DNA from: an uncultured Candidatus Saccharibacteria bacterium
GTDB lineage: Bacteria; Patescibacteriota; Minisyncoccia; Phycocordibacterales; DSPV01
Reading direction: 5' to 3'
Assembly: GCA_964629505.1 (NCBI GenBank)
Contig: CAZVQR010000002.1
Location: 1 to 28,968 of the forward strand
Length of the DNA: 28,968 bases
This document shows, one piece after another, positions 24,093 through 28,968 of this stretch. The notes beneath the pieces were generated by a model, which had not been told where the DNA came from, searched no databases, and worked only from the letters and a program-made list of their open reading frames with translations. Each line of letters opens with the position of its first letter. Position 1 is the first letter of the stretch. A program made the position numbers and the translations under genes.

Positions 24093-24166
24093 AAAATCCA
24101 GGAAGGGACCTTGAAGGGAAACTGGTCCCGTTAGGGACAAGAATTCAAGGTCCTTTCCTGGATTTT
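24093..24166. repeat. Inverted repeat with 23-bp arms and an inner hairpin
   Basis: AAAATCCAGGAAGGGACCTTGAA / TTCAAGGTCCTTTCCTGGATTTT (one G-T on + strand); inner GTCCC-GTTA-GGGAC. Confidence 0.85.
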
Positions 24167-24242
24167 AACGCGCTTATTTTACTGAAACGTTATGAAACCC
24201 TTACAAACCGCATATTAGTCGGCTTCTTTCGTCTGTCAATGC

Positions 24243-24271
24243 TTGACAAAAAAACTGCTTAGCGGCAAACT
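24243..24271 (+). promoter_or_regulatory. Putative sigma70 promoter of the 24311 gene
   Basis: TTGACA-17 nt-CAAACT; part of the palindrome TGTCAA-TGC-TTGACA. Confidence 0.4.
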
Positions 24272-24310
24272 CAATTTCAGACGCAGTAAAAAATCAACCC
24301 AAAAAAACCT

Positions 24311-24658
24311 ATGACATTAACGGCGCTGATAATGACTCTGATATACTTTATTCTGTTGGCACTAGTTTGCTGGTTAGTTCCTAGCCGCGCCAGTTGGAAG
24401 AAAAAAGCGGCGGGCAACGAAGGGATATTCCTGGTGTGCTACTTGCCAATCGGCAAAGAAGAAAACTACCAAGAGGTAAGTTTAAAACACTTTCCAGGCA
24501 TACAGAAAACAGCGCTGGATGATGCTTACGATTTCTTGAAAAGGAATGCCTACGAGCAAATCAATACGGCTTCTCGAGCGCAAGTTTTTGCCAGAGGAAA
24601 TGAGAGAGTGAAGATTTTCTTTTTGAATGACGGTATTGTCTCGGAAACAATTCTCTGA
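24311..24658 (+). CDS. Hypothetical protein with an N-terminal transmembrane helix
   Basis: MTLTALIMTLIYFILLALVCWLV followed by a basic stretch; own terminator. Confidence 0.7.
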   Translation: MTLTALIMTLIYFILLALVCWLVPSRASWKKKAAGNEGIFLVCYLPIGKEENYQEVSLKHFPGIQKTALDDAYDFLKRNAYEQINTASRAQVFARGNERVKIFFLNDGIVSETIL

Positions 24659-24678
24659 GATGTAGGAAAAATACAAGT

Positions 24679-24707
24679 GCCCCCCCGCCTAAGCGGGGGG
24701 CTTTTTT
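24679..24707 (+). terminator. Intrinsic terminator
   Basis: CCCCCCGC-CTAA-GCGGGGGG-CTTTTTT. Confidence 0.8.
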
Positions 24708-24740
24708 GTTTGTGAAAAATTTTTCTAAAATTATTGCCTG

Positions 24741-26279
24741 TTATTTCCTGATTATTGCCGTTGCCGTATCTTGCCCAGTCGCGCCCTGGTCATCGGTTAC
24801 CGTCAAAGTTGCGGTATAAGTTCCGGCTTGCGCGTAACGATGACTCACTTTGACGCCGCTGCCCGTTCCACCATCGCCAAAATTCCAATTGTAAGAAACG
24901 ATTGAACCGTCAGGGTCGCTTGAGCCGCTGCCGTCAAAACTAATCCAGCGATTGACTCGCCCCGATTTGTCGGCGCCAGCATTGGCAGTCGGCGGCTGAT
25001 TGGCCGGCACCACCGAAGGGTCATACAAAACCGCTTGGTAAGCATTGACCAATCCCCAACCGAAGTAATTGTCCCAACCCGCCGCGCCCAAATCTTTTGC
25101 CGTGCTTTCAATGGCTTTGCGCACCGCGCCGGTAGTCGTCGCCTTGCCTTCAGAAAAAACAAGAGCGGCAATAGCGGCAACATGAGGCGTCGCCATGGAA
25201 GTGCCCTGATAAAAATAATAGCCGAAATCCGTCGGGGTCGCGCCAAATGTCTGTTGTAAGATTCCGTCAACATAGCCGTCGCCGTTTTGGTCCACCCGCG
25301 TATCGCCGCCGGGCGCCACCACATCCAAACCGGCGCCGTAATTTGAATAATAGGCCTTGGTTTTATCATATCGAGTGGCGCCGACGGCAATCACATACTG
25401 ATTGTAAGCCGCCGGATAAGAAAGCTGGCTCCGGCCGTCATTGCCGGCTGCCGCCACAATCACCACCCCCTTGCCGCTGGCATAAGCCAGCGCTTCTTCA
25501 AGATAAGTCGCTCCGGAAGAACCGCCGAGCGAAAGATTGATGACTTGCGCCCCGTGGTCAGCCGCCCACCTGATACCATCAGCCACATCGCTGTAATAAC
25601 CGCTGCCATTTTGGTCCAAAACTTTTACTGGCATCAAAGAAGCGCCGTAAGCAATGCCGGCCACACCAAGGGTATTGTTAGTGCTTTGGGCAATCGTGCC
25701 GGCCACATGAGTGCCGTGCCCTTCATCGTCATTTGGGTGCGCATCATTATTTACAAAATCATAACCGGCGACAAAATTTGCGCCGGCAAAATCCGGCGCT
25801 TGGGCATAAATACCGTAATTTTCGTAAGCGATACCGGTATCCACCACCGCCACTATTACACCTGTGCCAGTCGCCACCGCCCAAGCCGCTTCGGCGTTAA
25901 TCCCCGCAATATTTTGAAAGTTCCATTGGTAAAGATAATAAAGGTCATTGGGCGCGGTAAAAGCGTGAGCGACAAAATCCGGTTCGGCGTATTCTACGTC
26001 TTCTAATTTGCTAAGACGGGCGATGGCGCCGTTAACGCTCTCGCCTCTCAAGTTCAATGTTTGAAACTTTCTGTCACCTTTATATTTAACGACAATGCGG
26101 TCGGCGCGAAAATCTCTCTGTCTTTTTTCAACGACTGATTGGAAATTCGCCACCGCTTGCGATAATCGTTCTTGTAATCGTTCAACAACATTTATCCGAA
26201 CCGAATTATCATTAGCCGCGCTTACCGGCAAAGCCGCCAAAGCAATTGTCGCCAATAATATATAACGATTGAATTTCAT
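24741..26279 (-). CDS. Secreted S8 (subtilisin-like) serine protease with prodomain and C-terminal PKD domain
   Basis: VVDTG, GHGTHVAG, AAAGND, GTSMATPHVA; FDGSGSSDPDG...WNFGDG...GTYTATLTVTD. Confidence 0.95.
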   Translation of the reverse strand: MKFNRYILLATIALAALPVSAANDNSVRINVVERLQERLSQAVANFQSVVEKRQRDFRADRIVVKYKGDRKFQTLNLRGESVNGAIARLSKLEDVEYAEPDFVAHAFTAPNDLYYLYQWNFQNIAGINAEAAWAVATGTGVIVAVVDTGIAYENYGIYAQAPDFAGANFVAGYDFVNNDAHPNDDEGHGTHVAGTIAQSTNNTLGVAGIAYGASLMPVKVLDQNGSGYYSDVADGIRWAADHGAQVINLSLGGSSGATYLEEALAYASGKGVVIVAAAGNDGRSQLSYPAAYNQYVIAVGATRYDKTKAYYSNYGAGLDVVAPGGDTRVDQNGDGYVDGILQQTFGATPTDFGYYFYQGTSMATPHVAAIAALVFSEGKATTTGAVRKAIESTAKDLGAAGWDNYFGWGLVNAYQAVLYDPSVVPANQPPTANAGADKSGRVNRWISFDGSGSSDPDGSIVSYNWNFGDGGTGSGVKVSHRYAQAGTYTATLTVTDDQGATGQDTATAIIRK

Positions 26280-26324
26280 ATTTATATAATTAAATTAATA
26301 ATATATTAATAATATACCGCCAAT

Positions 26325-27461
26325 TTATCTTGTCAACCAGATATTTTTATGGAGCAGGCGAAGGAGCGCGCCGGCGGAGGCCAAGCTGACAATCGCCAGC
26401 AAAATCGGCCCGACTAACGGCACGAACCAAAGCAAGATATAAGCCAAAACACCCACCAAAACCGCCCGCCAGTCGGCAATAATTTCGCCGTCTTTGGCTA
26501 AAACTTTCAGGATGAGAGAGCCAAGAAAAACTACCGACATAAAACAAGTAAGCAAAGCGATAAGCGCCGCCGCCGCCAGCAGGAAAAAACCGAGCAAGGC
26601 GCCGAACAAAGTGGCAATTAGAATCGCCGCGCTGATGGGAATTAAAATGGCGGCGGCGGCGCCAACCAAAAAACTTTTGCCGAAATGATTAAGCGATTCA
26701 ACAACGAAAGAGCGAGAAAACTTTTTAAACAAACCGGCGGCTAAAAGCGCCGCCAGCAAAATACCGGCAAACTTTATCAAAAAAGCGGCGCTAGCCAAAC
26801 CGACTAGCAGAGCCGGCGCCGTGCGCCAGTAAAACAGGGTTTTAATCGCCGGACCGATTTTTTGTTCGCCTTTGATTACCGCGCTTGAATTGACGACGAC
26901 TTCTGCGTCAGCGTTGTAATGTAAATCACCGGCCACGACGGCATCGCCACCCAAAGTGAGCACTTCGCCTTCAAAATAGACCGGGCCATTGATGGCACCG
27001 TTGATTGCCAACCGACCGCCTTTGAAAGAAATGCCTTTTTGAACCGCGCCGCCTATGAGCGCTTCGGCGGCGGCGATAATCGCCTCACCGCCGATTTTAG
27101 CTTTTGGTAAAACCGCCACCTGGCCGCCACCCACCGCTAAATCGCCGCCAATGTCGCCACTGATTGTTGTTTTGCTGGCAATCAATCGCGCGTCGCCCTT
27201 AATTTTGCCGTAAATAGCGGCTTCACCGGCCAAGAAAGTGGCGTCGCCCGAAATTTCACCAGTGAAATAAATCGCGCCAGCGGCCACCGTTAAATCCTCA
27301 TTGATTTTTCCAGCCACCCTCGCTTCACCGACAACCAAATAAGTATTTTCCTTGAGTGTCTGGCCTTCGGGCAAAAGATAGCTTTCAGCCATCACGCCGT
27401 AAGCGGCGATGGCGAACACCGGCAGAAACGCGGCAAAAATTGTAAGGCTAAGTTTTTTCAT
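26325..27461 (-). CDS. Bactofilin-like (polymer-forming) beta-helix protein with a C-terminal multi-pass membrane domain
   Basis: Signal peptide; ~15-aa repeats I-x-G-x-I-x-GD; several hydrophobic helices ending FVPLVGP. Confidence 0.8.
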   Translation of the reverse strand: MKKLSLTIFAAFLPVFAIAAYGVMAESYLLPEGQTLKENTYLVVGEARVAGKINEDLTVAAGAIYFTGEISGDATFLAGEAAIYGKIKGDARLIASKTTISGDIGGDLAVGGGQVAVLPKAKIGGEAIIAAAEALIGGAVQKGISFKGGRLAINGAINGPVYFEGEVLTLGGDAVVAGDLHYNADAEVVVNSSAVIKGEQKIGPAIKTLFYWRTAPALLVGLASAAFLIKFAGILLAALLAAGLFKKFSRSFVVESLNHFGKSFLVGAAAAILIPISAAILIATLFGALLGFFLLAAAALIALLTCFMSVVFLGSLILKVLAKDGEIIADWRAVLVGVLAYILLWFVPLVGPILLAIVSLASAGALLRLLHKNIWLTR

Positions 27462-27718
27462 ATATTGTGCCGACTCAAATTTATTTCCTGCTCCAAATTG
27501 CGCAAAGCCATTTCATCTCTGGCTTGTTCCGCCGTCAGCCGTTTTAATTCGTCATCTAACTTTCTGAACTCCGATTTTTTGTCAGCCAATTCGCTTTCCC
27601 GCCTTTCAATTTCCGATTTCATCAGCGCGTGTTCCCGTTCAACAGTAATAAGTCGGCGCTTGGTTTCGTCAATGGCGCGGCGCAAATCCCTGATAACATT
27701 GGGCACATTTTTTTCCAT
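27458..27718 (-). CDS. Small coiled-coil hypothetical protein
   Basis: E/K/R/L heptad-rich; start MEKNV at 27718; stop overlaps the next ATG. Confidence 0.7.
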   Translation of the reverse strand: MEKNVPNVIRDLRRAIDETKRRLITVEREHALMKSEIERRESELADKKSEFRKLDDELKRLTAEQARDEMALRNLEQEINLSRHNI

Positions 27719-27750
27719 ATTTATCCCTTTATTGTAATGAAGCAATTATA

Positions 27751-27873
27751 TCAGCCGAAAACGCTTTCCGTCCACTTTTCCCAAAGCGGCTGGAACAGGT
27801 AAACAAAAACCACGAGCGGCAGATAGAATACCGAGAAAAAAACGAAAATTATGAAATTCAAAACTCTGGCCAT
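27751..27873 (-). CDS. Probable 40-aa single-pass membrane protein (below the ORF-track cutoff)
   Basis: MARVLNFIIFVFFSVFYLPLVVFVYLFQPLWEKWTESVFG fills the intergenic gap on the same strand as its neighbours. Confidence 0.55.
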   Translation of the reverse strand: MARVLNFIIFVFFSVFYLPLVVFVYLFQPLWEKWTESVFG

Positions 27874-27908
27874 TTTATATAGACAACACGGCAAATCTTA
27901 AAATACTT

Positions 27909-28469
27909 TCAAAAGGAAAGCAAACGAGCGACTGAAACGATGGTGAGAATGCCAAGAAAATTCATGATATAGGAAAGCGGCAGAAGAACCCGGTTTTTTA
28001 TTTTCGCCAAACCCAGAATCGCCAAACCAAGCTCGTCGGGCAAAGGCGAAGCCAAAATGACGCCGCCGAACAAAACCAACAACCATTTCAAAAAACCGTG
28101 GCGGAACAAACGAATGAATTTTATCCTAACTTTATTGGTAAACATACCGGCGGCGTCTTTAGCCAAATCGTCGCGGACAAACCGGAAAATCAGCAAATCC
28201 ACCAAAGCCGCGCCGATGGCGCCGATGGCCGCTACCCAAAACGGCGGAAAATCCCTAGCCAAAACCGCCAGCGCCACCATGGCCGGCGCAGTGGTAAAAA
28301 TAGAAGTGAAAAACAAGCCGGCGACAAAACTGGCGAGAATTTTGAAACCGCCGGTCAATGCCAAAAATTTTTCCACCGCGCCCAGCCGCGCCAGCCAAAC
28401 CGCCACCGCGATGCTAACCGCGATAATCACCAAGTCCCTCATCAAATGTCGCCAGTATTGTTTTTTCAT
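27909..28469 (-). CDS. Membrane protein, DedA/VTT-like
   Basis: Multiple TM helices; GAIGAALVDLLIFRFVRD, SPLPDELG. Confidence 0.65.
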   Translation of the reverse strand: MKKQYWRHLMRDLVIIAVSIAVAVWLARLGAVEKFLALTGGFKILASFVAGLFFTSIFTTAPAMVALAVLARDFPPFWVAAIGAIGAALVDLLIFRFVRDDLAKDAAGMFTNKVRIKFIRLFRHGFLKWLLVLFGGVILASPLPDELGLAILGLAKIKNRVLLPLSYIMNFLGILTIVSVARLLSF

Positions 28470-28521
28470 ATCATTTCAATTCCGGCCATTTTGTCTTTAA
28501 GAATAAGTTTAACATTAAAGA

Positions 28522-28593
28522 GGTGCCTATCCGGATTCGAACCGGAGAAAACAGCTCCACAAGCTGCTGTGTTACCGCTACACCATAGGCACC
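28522..28593 (-). tRNA. tRNA-His(GTG) with encoded G-1 and C73; CCA not encoded
   Basis: G-GTGCCTA/TAGGCAC-C, anticodon arm GCAGC-TTGTGGA-GCTGT, T arm TCCGG-TTCGAAT-CCGGA. Confidence 0.95.
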
Positions 28594-28627
28594 GCGTCAT
28601 TAATTTACAACAAAAAACGCGCTGACG

Positions 28628-28968
28628 CTACTCGTATTTCGGCGGTTGTTCTTTGATGCCGGCTTTGAAATTGGTAAAACGAGCCAGAGCATAACAAAGC
28701 GAAGAAAGCCGATTGAGATAAGCCAGGGTTTGTTCGCCAACGAAAATTTCTTTTGCTTCCGCCGCTCGAATCACTTCCCGTTCGGCGCGGCGGACGAAAG
28801 TCCGCGCCATATCAAACAGCGCCCCGAGCTCGGTACCACCAGCCAGGAAAAAGGTTCTAATCGGCGGCATCGCCCGCTCCGCCGCGCCGATGCAATTTTC
28901 CAATTCTTTTATTTTGCCAGCTTTAATAGTTTTATCGGCGCCGGCGACTTCCGCCTGGATGATAAAAA
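28628..28968 (-). CDS. PduO-type ATP:cob(I)alamin adenosyltransferase family protein (5' end outside the window)
   Basis: FIIQAEVAG...FFLAGG...ARTFVRRAER...YLNRLS; frame open to the window end. Confidence 0.85.
   Translation of the reverse strand, partial: FIIQAEVAGADKTIKAGKIKELENCIGAAERAMPPIRTFFLAGGTELGALFDMARTFVRRAEREVIRAAEAKEIFVGEQTLAYLNRLSSLCYALARFTNFKAGIKEQPPKYE

Noticed and set aside
24051..24240. 6S RNA or dif site
   Set aside because: No convincing 5'/3' closing stem around a central bubble, and only a fragmentary resemblance to Xer sites.
26270..26320. AT-rich stretch as a replication origin
   Set aside because: No DnaA boxes seen; it is best explained as the promoter and leader of the S8 protease.

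Overview
Mostly minus-strand bacterial chromosomal segment whose gene content and style look like Patescibacteria/CPR (Parcubacteria-like; inference, no taxonomy search run). Housekeeping genes: gyrB (partial), tRNA-Ala, pterin dehydratase, ddl, tgt, short alaS, DUF378, pgk, tpiA, ndk, tRNA-His, PduO-type adenosyltransferase (partial). A type IV pilus/pseudopilus block (pilB, pilC, four minor-pilin-like genes) follows a TraD/TrwB-like ATPase and ndk. Main candidates for novelty: (1) a three-gene cassette of secreted proteins sharing an Asn/Thr/Gly-rich repeat (N-x-V...TGxN...TGxA...NxVN) behind a long structured leader, possibly a surface fibre system; (2) a ~120-nt structured element in two copies with covarying stems; (3) short palindromes inserted in frame within tgt, alaS and a secreted protein; (4) four single-gene promoter-ORF-terminator cassettes, one encoding a stand-alone RNAP alpha-CTD-like domain; (5) apparently leaderless housekeeping transcripts. 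All calls are by eye, without database searches.
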